DNA from: Octopus sinensis
Lineage: Eukaryota
Assembly (NCBI RefSeq): GCF_006345805.1
Contig: NC_043005.1
Span: 27,404,001 to 27,468,000, forward strand
Reading direction: 5' to 3'
Length of the DNA stretch: 64,000 bases
Within the stretch, counting starts at the first letter, position 1; every line of letters starts with the position of its first letter. This document shows positions 49,974 to 62,910 of the stretch, in pieces. The notes beneath the pieces were generated by a model. It saw only the letters and a list, made by a program, of their open reading frames with translations. It was not told the origin of the DNA and did not search any database. The position numbers were made by a program, and so were the translations under genes.

Positions 49974-49975
<2 letters not shown>
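49553..49975. repeat. Three tandem copies of a 128-140 bp TA-rich unit
   Basis: tccaaatacccatataataatcgaca at 49553, 49693 and 49821. Confidence 0.9.
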
Positions 49976-50010
<35 letters not shown>

Positions 50011-50062
50011 CATATATATATATATATTCTATATATATATATATATGCACACATCCATATTG

Positions 50063-50105
<43 letters not shown>

Positions 50106-50626
50106 CTAAATATATATATATATTTATATATACACACATACAGAGAGAGAGGTGGGTAGATAAAGAGCCACAATGCATAATAGTTTGACAGGCAATGATT
50201 AAAAGGTATAATAGAGATAGAGAGAAATAGGTGGGAAGGAGTAGTGTGGGAGGTAGATGAAGGTGAGAGTTCAGTGGTTAGATATATGAGGAGGGGGTGG
50301 GGGAAGAACGGGATTAACAGTAACTGGTGAGGTGGGGGTGGGGAGCTGGGCTAGTGGTAATATCTCTGCTCTGGAGAGCGTTAGGTGACGGAGGGTTAGG
50401 GTGAGAGATGAGGATGGAGAGCAACTGGAGCAGGTTAAGAGATAAGTTAGAAAGAGACAGATTATATATATGTGTGTGCGTGTGTATATATATATATATA
50501 TATAATATATATACACATACGTTTCTTCGTTTTGCAACCGTTTTTTCCATGTATGCATGAGTTACACAGATATGTTACTGAGGTATTGTTTTACAACCGG
50601 GTGCTCTCCCAGACGTTAACCCTCAC

Positions 50627-50950
50627 CTGTTTTTCCAGTAAGGGATCTATTACACCACACGAAAGCCAGCTGGGCAAGTTACACAGGCGAAGTGCCAGCA
50701 ACAACACCGCTTGAAAGCCGTAATTTTCGAATATGTAACTAGATATGCAGGCGTGTACATACACAACAATCAGACAAAACCAGTACCCTACCCTCGGTTT
50801 CAGAAACGGAACTACACGCTGAAAGATCGAAACAGAATTTCGTACACTGCGAAGCATAGGGTGCCGAGTCAGCTCTCGTTTTCGCTGACCAGATTAAAAA
50901 TTACATTCGATTCACAGTTTTTAGCTCTTTCTTCCGATAGTTATCACAAA
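50627..50950 (-). other. Candidate first (5'-UTR) exon of a minus-strand gene
   Basis: Unique, CpG-rich sequence ending in a consensus donor AAACAG|gtgagg (intron starts at 50626); 5' end not defined. Confidence 0.4.
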
Positions 50951-51184
50951 ATCTCTCTATCTCTCTGAAATAAGAATTCAGAAGTACCGAGAGCGTTGGA
51001 GTAAATCGTTTTTAACGGTGGAACTTGGAAATAGTTAAAGCTATATAAAAAAAAAAAATTTAAAAAATAGCAGCCCGTCGGCAGCCTCTGATAGTCTCTC
51101 CCCCAAAGGATGTTTTTAACCCAATATTTTACACGCTATTATTAATAGTTTTATTTACTTTGAGTCCACCGTTAAAAAATCATT

Positions 51185-51364
51185 CGTCTCTCCATTTCGA
51201 TATTTCGTCTGTCTTTACGTTCTGAGTTCAAATTCCGCCGAGGTCGGCTTTGCTTTTCATCCTTTCGGGGTCGATAAATTAAGTACCAGTTGCATACTGG
51301 GGTGGATCTAATCGACTGGCGCCCTCCCCCAAAATTTCGGGCCTTGTGCCTCGAGTAGAAAAGT
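51185..51364 (+). mobile_element. SINE family B, CpG-intact
   Basis: ttacgttctgagttcaaattccgccgaggtcggc...cctttcggggtcgataaattaagtaccag...ggccttgtgcctcgagtagaaaag. Confidence 0.9.
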
Positions 51365-51823
51365 ATATATAAATAGGTTCCCGGAAAACCATAAGCGAAA
51401 CAAAATATATTTTGTCGGACTAATGTTTATGGGTTTTATATATGAGAGACGCGTTTATAGAGAGACAGTAAATGAATGCAATTTAAGCAAGGAGAGAGAG
51501 AGAGTGAGTGAGAGAGAGAGAGAGAGATGATATAATTGCGTCAGGCAGGAGTCTCAAAGACCAATGTAATGCTGAGATGATGGTGGCGGAGTAGAGCGGT
51601 GAGGTGAGGTAGTTGTTAAGCTAAATTGCTGACTCGAGAAATAATTAGTGTTGTAACTCCATACTTGACGCAGACATTACTACGCCACTTTCTATGCGAT
51701 TTACGTATTGCAATAATTTCTATTTACAACAAGGATGTGTATTAGAAATTATTAATAAACTCTAGCACTTGACTAGTAGTGTACTGTTGGAAAGAGTTAT
51801 CCATATGTGTGTGTGTGTATAAT

Positions 51824-52250
51824 CGCAGACGAGGCAGTGTGGTAAGAAATTTCCTTCCTAACCACTTGGTTCAGGGTTCAGTCCCACCTTGCGGCGCCTT
51901 GGACAAATGTTTTCTGCTTTTGTTCCGTACCGACCAAAGCATTGTGTGGATTTGGTAGATGGAAACTGGAACAAGATGTAGACAGACAGATGTGCCTGTT
52001 TGCCCACACCACATCACCGCTCGACAACCGGTGCTGGTTTGTTTACGTCTCAGTATAGTAGTACTTTGGTTTAAGAGTCGGATATAAAGATCAAGCTAAA
52101 CGATAAATAGTGGGGTCAATTTGTTCGAGTAAACCCTTCAAAGAGGTGTCCCAACGAGGCCGCAGTCCAATAACTTAAGTAAAAAAGGACTATATATTCT
52201 TTTATTCTCTTATATGTTTCAGCTTTGAGGCTGCGGCCATGCTAGGGCAC
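51824..52250 (+). mobile_element. SINE family A copy, followed by an inverted tail fragment
   Basis: gtgtggtaagaaatttccttcctaaccac...gaggccgcagtccaataact; minus-strand tail ttcagctttgaggctgcggccatgctagggcac at about 52216-52250. Confidence 0.8.
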
Positions 52251-52318
52251 TGACATATATATGTATATTTTTTTCCAATCTTATTGGTTCCAGCCAAAGG
52301 CTGGAGCCACGCTGGAGC

Positions 52319-52356
<38 letters not shown>

Positions 52357-52517
52357 ATAGATAAATAGATAGATAGAGAGACAGACAGATACGTTTATAT
52401 TGCCAGAGGAAAGAGTTTTCAATACAATTAACTCACAAAATTATTTCTAGCCTCACGAAATCAATCACCTACTTCGAAGTCACAGTCAAGCTTTCTTTGG
52501 AAAATACACACACCGCT

Positions 52518-52582
<65 letters not shown>

Positions 52583-52665
52583 TATATATATATATATATT
52601 ATATATATTTATATATATTATATATATAGATTATGTGGAACTGAGTCGACTCGTCTATTAAAATA

Positions 52666-52888
52666 TCCTTTTCTACTCTAGGCACAAGGCCCGAAATTTT
52701 TGAGGAGGGCGTGGGGGGAGTCGGTAATATCGACCCCCCTCCGGTACGCAACTGGCACTTAATTTATCGACCTCCCGAGAGGATGAAAGGCAAAGTTGAC
52801 CTCGGCGGAATTTGAACTCAGAACGTAAGGACAGAAAAATACAGCTAAGTAATTTCGCCCGGCGTGCTAACGATTCTGCCAGCTCGTT
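52666..52888 (-). mobile_element. SINE family B, full length, with apparent target-site duplication
   Basis: Flanks gtctattaaaatat (left) and gtttattaaatat (right). Confidence 0.9.
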
Positions 52889-53856
52889 TATTAAATATAA
52901 CTCTAACGTAATATGTTGAGTGCGTTTGTCTTCCGTTTGTCCACCTGCTCGTGTGTCGAGTGGGGGGGGGGGAGTGGTGTTTGAGTGGATGACCTAAAAT
53001 GTTAAAAATGTCCATATATACACTAAGAGACTCAGCTGTTAATAGTCTAAACCTTGTAGTGCGTGTATATTACTAGTTAAGTCCTGATATACATAAACGT
53101 ATGACCAAAAGTACTCAAGATCACTTGTCTTTTTACCAGGTTGGTGTGTATGTGTATGCGAGGTCCAAATCAACATGTTCTTCACAATAAATTTTTCTAC
53201 TTGCCGTATACAGTCACGCCATTAGCAAATACTCAGTTGCCGTTCTTAAAAGTGCTTTAAAATAAGTGTAGTAACATCGTAAAACACACCCACACGTACG
53301 TGAGTGAGTGACTGTGTGTGTGTGTGCAGACATAAAAATGAGGTGAGGGAGATTTAGTTTCTATTTCTAGTGAGTCGAATATCCACCAAGCCAAATTGGT
53401 AAGATGAGGTTTGGACATCCTCCGACATGAAATACAACAACATCCGTCAAAATGCAGATGGTTTATGAGCAGTCAACGACCATCCAATTTCATAATCTAT
53501 ACACTGAACGATGACGGAAATATCATAACATGGACCTGTCTCTTGTGTCAGCCTTTCTGGTCTCTGCTACTGAAGAGGAGATAACCATTGCGAAATGCAT
53601 TCATCAAACGGTCTAGTTAGGAGGCGCTGTGAACTGACTCGGTATATTTACACCTATTTCCGTATAGCTGTAAATTTTCTCTATGATGAAATACAGCGAA
53701 TGGTTACGTTATATATATATATAATTCACAATCAAAGTGCAGAAATGGCGTACTCAGATACCCTGTCTTCCCTTCCCTAAGCGTCTTAATACTTTGCATG
53801 TACCACGTGCTCGCGTGGCTGTTTTCTTCTTTTCGATTAATTTTATATATGTATAT

Positions 53857-54066
53857 TCTTTAACTTGTTTTAGTCATTTGATGCGGCCATGCTGGAGCAC
53901 TGCTTTTAGTCGAACAAACCGACCCCAGGACTTATTCTTTGTAAGCCTAGTACTTATGCTATTGGTCTCTTTTGTGGAACCGCTAAGTTACGGGGACATA
54001 AACGCACCAGCATCGGTTGTCAAGCGATGGTGAGTAAGGGGCAAACACAGACACACAAACACACAA
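53857..54066 (-). mobile_element. SINE family A, 3' half only
   Basis: ttgttttagtcatttgatgcggccatgctggagcac...ggggcaaacacagacac. Confidence 0.85.
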
Positions 54067-54293
54067 CATATATATATATATATATATATAGGGAAGGTGG
54101 GGTTGGAATGTGTAGGAGTGGGATGGGCTTACGAGGGAGGGGTGACGATGAAGGGGGGCGGAGATGGGTAGGAGTGAAGAGAGGAGAGTAAGAGTGAAGA
54201 GAGGAGAGTAAGAGTGAAGAGAAGTAGGAGTCGGAGCAAGAGAAGGTGGGTTTGACGAAATAGGTGTGAGGGAGAGAGGGGGTGGGGAGGAGG

Positions 54294-54539
54294 TTAGATG
54301 ATGACGAGGGGAGGGGAGTTGAGCCCATGTGGCGCAAAGGAGCGAAGAGAGAAGATTAATCTCTGTTCACGGCGCAAACGGGTGTCCGGATGGCCCCTGT
54401 GCAAGGACAATCCGAACACAGACAAGTGTTGCAAAGAGTGACCGGTATAGCAGAAATGGCGCGAGACCGGGGTGTCATTGCCGAGTCGGATGTCTCGGAG
54501 GTGTTCCGCGAACCAGTCAGCTAAGCGGCGTCCCGTTTC
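54294..54539 (-). pseudogene. Penelope-like GIY-YIG endonuclease C-terminal fragment (open frame, 81 codons)
   Basis: ETGRRLADWFAEHLRDIRLGNDTPVSRHFCYTGHSLQHLSVFGLSLHRGHPDTRLRREQRLIFSLRSFAPHGLN fits ETGRRL..RF.EH...PVARHF...EQ..IF.L....P.GLN; no start codon, so absent from the ORF track. Confidence 0.9.
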
Positions 54540-54566
54540 CCTGAGTGTGTGTGTGTGTATGTATAT

Positions 54567-54639
54567 AACGCAGTGGAACTGAACCCAGAATCATGAAGTT
54601 GGGAAAGAAGCTTCTTACCAGATAGCCACGCCTGCGCCT
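54567..54639 (-). mobile_element. SINE family A, head only
   Basis: gaactgaacccagaatcatgaagttgggaaagaagcttcttaccagatagccacgcctgcgcct. Confidence 0.75.
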
Positions 54640-54763
54640 AATATACATGCACATATATATACATACATATGCATATACGTAGCAGAGTGTGCGTGTGTTT
54701 ATGTATGTGTGTGTGTATACATACATATACACTTATACGGAGGTACAAATCGTTGTTACTGAG

Positions 54764-54967
54764 CAAAAGTGTCGTAAGTCCAAATCGTTGCTTTTTCAAA
54801 AAACGAAAAAATAGTTTCACCATTCCATTTCCTTTTTAACATTAGCAACAGTTTCAACTTAGCAATACTTTGTTGGATGCATAAAATCATAATTCCATAC
54901 CTCTATGAAATTTTCAGTCAGAAATATATTTGCAAAACTGTTCTATGTGGGACTTACTACACTTTTG
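54764..54967. repeat. 18-bp inverted repeat pair, possible MITE
   Basis: caaaagtgtcgtaagtcc (54764-54781) vs ggacttactacacttttg (54950-54967), 1 mismatch. Confidence 0.45.
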
Positions 54968-55799
54968 AAAAATGCTCAACTGATATACTACACTGTTGTA
55001 CTACGACAATTTTCATATCTTGGCATCTGAAGATACGATAGCTTGACTTAAAAAAAAAAAAAAAAAAAATTGGCTATTGCAAGCAAAAATAAATATCGAA
55101 AAAAAAAATGCATTTGGCCAAATATGGACATACGACAGTTTAACATAATAGCAACGAAATGTAGTCTGGTGATAGAATTCGGTAGAAGAGAGAGAAAAAT
55201 AACTCGCTCCACCGCCACCACCCCATCACCACCACCACGGACATCATCACTAACATCAACCACAACAACAATTTGAACAGTTACAATAATCTGAACGGTG
55301 TCAGAACGATATTAAAAGTAGTTCAAGTGCTGTAATTATGTGCACCAGTGACCATTCTATCTTCTACTAGTTTCCCAGGTCAGCTTATGGCTAATTACAA
55401 CGATAGCATGGAAACTTCGTTCCCCGCCGCCGCCACCACCCCCACATCACACCACCTCCCCCCCCACCCTCGCCCCCGATTCTCTCATTCTTTAGGTTGG
55501 GTCGACTAGATGCGCTGTGGTCATATTGCTGACCACTAAACAATTAGTGGCATGGTGGGCAGACCTACTACTGTCCAGCAACTTTCCAAGCTACTACTCA
55601 TCATTTTGTGGACATTAGAAGACAAGAAAAAAAAAAAAAAAAGATACACACACACACAAAAAAAATAAACTAAATATAAATAAAAAACAACAACTGAATT
55701 CCTCTCTTCATTCCCTCCCCGACCTCCCCATTCAACCTCACAGAATGTGCACCCTCTTCTACATCAACACACACACTATGCGCACCCCCACCCACTAAT

Positions 55800-56516
55800 C
55801 TGATATATATACATATATATACATACATATATATACATATACATATATATACATATACATATATAACATATATATACATATATACATAATATATATATAT
55901 ATACATATATATTACATATATATAATATACATATATATACAATATATATATATACATAATATACATATATATATATATACATATATACATATATATATAT
56001 ATACATATATATACATCGATATATATATAATTATATATACATAATACATATATACATTATACAGATATATACATTATATATATACATATATATACATATA
56101 TATATAATACATATATATATATACATATATACATATATATATATATACATATATATACATATATATATACATATATATACATATATATATATATACATAT
56201 ATATACATACATATATATATACATATTATATATTATACATATAATTACATTATATAATATATAAGATATATACATATATATTATATACATATATATACAT
56301 ATACATATATATACATATATATACATATACATATATATACATATATATACATATACAATATATATAATATATATACATATACATATATATACATATATAT
56401 ATATACATATATATTACATATATATATATACATATTATATCATATATATATACTAAATATTACATATATATAATACATATATATATCATATCTATATACA
56501 TACATATATATAATAC

Positions 56517-56550
<34 letters not shown>

Positions 56551-57085
56551 TACATATCAATATATACATTACATTATATATACATATATATTACATACAT
56601 ATATATATATATATACATATATATATACATATATATATCATATATATATATACATATACATATATATACATATATATATACATATATATACTACATACAT
56701 ATATATACATATTACATATACATATATATACATTATATATATAAATATTAAATATATATACATATATATATATACATATAACATATATATATACATATAC
56801 ATATATATATACATATACACATATATATATACATATAATATATATATATACATATACAATATATATATACATATACATATACATATATATAATACATATA
56901 AATATATATATACATAAACATATAACTATATATATCACTACATCTATACATTATATATATAACATATACATAATATATACATATACCATATATATATACA
57001 TATACATATATATATACATATACATATATATATATATATTACATATACATATATTATATATATACATATATATATATATACATAC

Positions 57086-57117
<32 letters not shown>

Positions 57118-58294
57118 ATAAATACATATTATATTATACATATACATATATATATACATATAACATATTATATATATATACATATATATATATACATATA
57201 CATATATATATATACATATACATATATATATATATAACATATACATATAATATATACATATACATATATATATATACATATACATATATATATCTACATA
57301 TAATATATATATATACATATACATATATATATACATACATATAATATACATACAATATTATACATACATATATACCATACATATATATATATACATATAT
57401 ATATACATATATATATACATACATACATACATACCATATAACATACAACATACATATATACATACAATATATAACATACATATATATATACATGCATATA
57501 TATAACATGCATATATAATATACAGCATATATATATACATACTATATATATACATACATATATATATACATACATATATATATACATGCATATATATATA
57601 CATACATATATATACATACAATATATATACATACATATATATATACATACATATATATATATATACATACATTATATATATATAACATACATATATATAT
57701 ATATACGTATATATATCTATATATATACATATATATACATATATATCTACATATATAATATATATATATATATTACATTATATATTACATATAATATACA
57801 TATATATACACATATATATACAATATATTACATATATATTATACATATATACACAATATTATACTATATATTACATATATATATACATATATATACATAC
57901 AATATATTATACATATATATATATACATATATATACATATATATATACATATATATATAATATATATATACATATATATAACATATATATACATATATAT
58001 ATACATATATATATACATAGATAATACATATATATATAACATATATATATATTAATATATATATATTACATATATATATATACATATATATATACATACA
58101 TATATACTATATATATATACATACATATAGATATAACACTATAATATATACATATATATATTAATACATATATATACATATATATATACATACATCTATA
58201 TATATATACATATATATATACATATATATATATACATAATATACATATATATATATACTATATATATATATATACATATATATAATATATACAT

Positions 58295-58340
<46 letters not shown>

Positions 58341-58458
58341 CATATATATATATACATATACATATATACAATACATATATTACATATATATATTACATAT
58401 ATATATATATACATTATATATATATAAAGATATATTATATATACATATATATATATAC

Positions 58459-58493
<35 letters not shown>

Positions 58494-58671
58494 AACATAC
58501 ATATAATATACATATATATATATATACATATATATACAACATATATATACATATATATATATATACTAATATATTATATATATATACATATATATATTAT
58601 ATTACATATATATACATATATACATATATATATTATATACATATATATATATAACATATACATATATATAC

Positions 58672-58704
<33 letters not shown>

Positions 58705-58705
58705 C
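55800..58705. repeat. About 2.9 kb imperfect (TA)/(TACA)/(TATACA) array
   Basis: Near-continuous alternating A/T with C and very few G on the plus strand. Confidence 0.95.
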
Positions 58706-58900
58706 ACTTTGCTGACAGTTTGGTAAACATAACCGCCGATGCGGTGTCTGAAACAATGGTGGAAATTGCATTATTATAAGGTTACATGCTTCAATTACAG
58801 AGTTTCGGCTGGCTGTTATGGTGAAGCCACACTTAACGAAAAGGAAGGCAGAGGGAGGGGAACGGAGGAGGAAAGGACGGAAATTTATACATTTTTATGT

Positions 58901-58951
<51 letters not shown>

Positions 58952-59390
58952 TGCACATAAATACATACTCACACACTTATACATTAAACTGAAACCAAAT
59001 TCCAGACATAAGTTGGTTCTGAGGTTAACCTAATTTATATGCGCCTGTGGTGTGTGTGTGTGTGTGTTTACATATTTCTTTCGGTACTAAGCTCTTCACA
59101 ATGTACCTAGTACACCACAAAATGCAATCAAAAATACCAGATTGCACTCAACACAAAGGGTAACTCAGAAAAAAATTCTAATTACTCCCAATACAAAGGC
59201 ACCCCAGAGAAGAAAAAAAAACCTGACTACCTTCAATAAAAAGAGCAATCCAATAATCCCCGATTACCCTTAATACAAAAGCAAGTACTTTCTCCATTGC
59301 GTCATCCCACCATGTTCAATTTTCCCATCTCCTTTGCTCATCTTCATAAGCATTGAAGACTTCACTTTCACTTCAAGTGATGCTTTAGAA

Positions 59391-59670
59391 CAGTGGTTCC
59401 CAAAGTGGGCAGTATTCCCCTCTCCGCCATGAGGGGCAGTGGAAAGTTCCAAGGAGACGTTGAAGAAAAGTAGGGCAATAATGGGAGTAACGATTCATGT
59501 AAAAACATAATAGTGGGTTCATTAGGTTAAGTTTTATTTGTGGAATACAGTTGCTTCGAATTTGCTTCAGAAAGAGGTCTAAGTTTGCGATGGTTAGTTG
59601 GGGTGCGGGCGCTAGGAATGTGGCCTGGGTGTCAAGGGGGCGGCGGCCCGAAAAAGTTTGGGAACCACTG
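59391..59670. mobile_element. hAT (Charlie-type) MITE, 280 bp
   Basis: Perfect 14-bp TIRs cagtggttcccaaa / tttgggaaccactg; 8-bp flanks ctttagaa / ctttaagg. Confidence 0.85.
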
Positions 59671-60171
59671 CTTTAAGGTATAATTAACACCGTAGAGGAA
59701 GAGCTCTGACGTTCGAATGTCGATAAGTTTGGAGTTGCCATGGACAAGTGGAAGAAAATATGTTTTGGACACAGTTCCATCGACGGAATCATCTTGCAAC
59801 ACATCTCCGCCCTTCATAGCAACCCAACGTATGAACACTAGAACTCCCTTTGGGATTTTACTATCATTGTTATGAATTTGCACCCTCACTGGTTTCCTTA
59901 CACTTATTTCAACCCTGCTGGCTTCATCCACCTTGGTATTTCTTTTGGTCGGTACCCCCACTCAACCAAAAACAGAGAAAGTTCGATATAGTCATTCGAA
60001 CTACAAGAAATAGCAGCCAAATTCCCATCAAATCACACCTTAAGCTCTTGAAGAAGGCCACATTCAACAATGAAGTCTTACATACACAAAAGACATGAGG
60101 GTAACGGACGGTATTCCTTTAATCATATATTTGTTCAGTCAAGGACTGACTTAGGGTTTCCGATACCTTAC

Positions 60172-60245
60172 CTGGATGGGTATAGATGACGGGTCTTCGA
60201 GCTGTTGGATCAGGACTAATCGGTAGATATTTTAGTGCTTTAAGA
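60172..60245 (-). CDS. Candidate internal coding exon, unidentified gene
   Basis: Acceptor cccctttactcttgcag, donor CCAG|gtaagg; only one open frame: LKALKYLPISPDPTARRPVIYTHP; no recognised homology. Confidence 0.4.
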
Positions 60246-60274
60246 CTGCAAGAGTAAAGGGGCTTCAAGGATGG

Positions 60275-60683
60275 CATTGATCTTAGATACAATTTACAAT
60301 CAGATCAATAAAATGTTATTGATCTTTGTAATGATTTAAAATAAGATCATTGAGAAAGAATTGACCCTAGTAGAGTTAAAATCGGATCAACGAAATAGTA
60401 GTGATTAAAAGTAAAGATCAACGACGGGTGTGTGGATTCAATTATTGATTTAAAATAAGATTAATAAAGAAGTATTGATCCTGGCAATGATTGGAAATCA
60501 AATCAATGAAAAGGCATTTAATCCTAGTAATGATTCAAAATGAGATCAATAACAGAGTATTGATCCTCGTAGCGATTTAGAATAAGACAAATGAACAGGT
60601 ACTGATCCTAGGAATGATTGAAAATCAGAGGAATGAAGAGATATCGATCTTTGTCATGATCGAAAACAAAATCGATGAAAAGA
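60275..60683. repeat. Degenerate 42-bp minisatellite, about 9-10 units
   Basis: Consensus-like tattgatcctagtaatgatttaaaataagatcaatgaaagag; stops in all three minus-strand frames checked. Confidence 0.8.
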
Positions 60684-60880
60684 TTGTAACTTGGTTTGGA
60701 ATGTTCAAACAACATGGAAGAGGAGGCAGAAGAGGAATACCAAACTGAATATTGACTTTAAAAACATATCTCGTTATTTTGGTGACACCCCGTATTTTCT
60801 CGTCGCTACTACAAACAGAAGCATCACCACTTACAATACAACCACCATTACAAGCCATTACCACCACAACAACAAAACAG

Positions 60881-60914
<34 letters not shown>

Positions 60915-60916
<2 letters not shown>

Positions 60917-61210
60917 GTGGCGGACTGGGTCTAAAAATATTGGTTGCCAGGCGACTACAACTACAAGGGGGCCCACCCGCAACTACAATGCTGTCATTTA
61001 TTATTATTATTTGTTAAAAATATTCTTTTCAACTGTCTACAAACACAGCCAGGCTGAAATAATGCATTCTTCCATGAGTAAATAAAAAAATCCTCAAGCT
61101 TGAGGGGATGGCCCCCTAAGATACTAACATGGGCCCCCATATATGGATTCTAATGGCGCAGGGGCCCACTTGCCATCGGCCAAGCTGGCAACCTTTACAG
61201 TCCGCCACTG
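60915..61210. mobile_element. hAT MITE, 296 bp, inserted in an (ACT)n tract
   Basis: Perfect 13-bp TIRs cagtggcggactg / cagtccgccactg; TSD actaccac / actactac (7/8). Confidence 0.85.
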
Positions 61211-61609
61211 ACTACTACTACAGCAATTACTGTTAGCCTCTGTGTGGTCGCTCATCATGCCAGAAATAGCAGTTAAATCTCCCCATGCTAGATTTTTAAA
61301 AGCAACGGAATAGTCACGGCTGGAATGCCTTTAATTATAGGTCTGACGAATTAAGTTAATCTGGAGCTGTATGGTATCGCCGTCACCACGAGTAACAACG
61401 TAGCTACATCAATAGACATGCATATACATACACACAACATGAATGTGTGAGAGGGGGAGGGGAGGAATTGGGGGTTAGAGAAGGAGGGAGGTGGAGAAAG
61501 AGAGAGGAGGTGCGTTTGGGACGTTCAGAAATGGTTTTGATTTAAGCGTGAATCAGTAGTGTAATATTTGAAGAAGGTAGCAGAAACAGACAATTGAGAC
61601 GACTTAGAA

Positions 61610-61695
<86 letters not shown>

Positions 61696-62289
61696 GTATA
61701 ATATTTTATTACTAGCTAGTGATTAAATGTAACTGATAATTAATTAGTTAGTACGAGCTATTACTAACAACACAGTAATTACTAGCTACAGAATAGCAAC
61801 AACAGCTTATCTGCAAACAGCTGAACGAGAAACAACTTTCGATTGGTGATAGTGCATAAAAAGACAGTGGAGAGCATAAAAATGTGGTAGACTAACCCTA
61901 AGGTTGTTATATTTCTAGTAAGAGTGATGGGATTGGTAGTATTGTAATCAATGGGGGCATGTATAGGTACGATGGGTTAGCTGCCGTGTAAGCCGTGTTG
62001 GGGGCATACAGAGGTAAGGTGGATAGAGATGTAGTGTAGCTTTAATAATCGTATCTGATCATCATCATTGTTTTAACGTCTACTTTTCCATGGATCAGAC
62101 AGAATTCGTTCGGGTAGATTTTCTACTGCTGGATGCCTTTCTTGCCGTCGACCTACACCTGTTTCCAGGCGAGGTATTTTCTTCTAGGGCAGGACATGGA
62201 AGTTTGGAAACAAATAGCACCGCTAGTATGATGGTGATGCTCGTTTACAACTATCATGAAATATCAAGACAAGGACACACTCACGCGCG

Positions 62290-62540
62290 CGTGAAGACGC
62301 GTGGTCTAGTGGTTAGGGTGTTGCACTCACGACCACGAGATTATGGTTCTGATTCCTAAACCGACTGTACATTGTGTTCTTGAGCAAAACACTTCATTTC
62401 ACAATGCTCCAGTCCACTCAGCGGTAAATGGGTCGCCCTGCGACGGAATACCCTTCCGATCGGGGGTGTGGGGGGATGTTGGCCTGCCCGTCGAGCCAGC
62501 GAGGTTACACCAATCGAAAGCTAAAACGATGAGAAGCGCT
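62290..62540 (+). mobile_element. SINE family D copy
   Basis: gtggtctagtggttagggtgttgcac...tgtgttcttgagcaaaacacttcatttcacaatgctccagtccactcagc. Confidence 0.75.
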
Positions 62541-62811
62541 AGAAAAGCAGAAAATTTGAAGGCAAAAACTGTGAGAAGCATTAATAAGATCATCGATAGA
62601 CTGTGTGGAAAATGGTTTCTGATTCGTTGTTTCTGTTTATCGAATGAGTGCGTGATCATAATAAGTATTGACGTCATTTGTTTCTGAGCGAACCTTACAA
62701 CATGGAAGAAAGCTGAGGAAGGAAAAAAACTATCAGGCTTCCAGAGACAAATTATTGTTCTTTTCAAGAAAATTCGCTTTTCACGAATTTCCGCTTTTCT
62801 AGAGACCACCC

Positions 62812-62857
<46 letters not shown>

Positions 62858-62876
62858 TATGTATGTATGTATGTAC

Positions 62877-62899
<23 letters not shown>

Positions 62900-62910
<11 letters not shown>

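Noticed and set aside
59757-59822. C2H2 zinc-finger-like string F-HRRNH-L-AT-H-LR on the plus strand
   Set aside because: It needs two frameshifts to supply both Cys and the second His, and there are no neighbouring fingers or linker; likely chance
62640-62814. Possible Tc1/mariner end (ccaccctg followed by TA)
   Set aside because: Only one terminus was found, with no partner TIR or transposase similarity in the window
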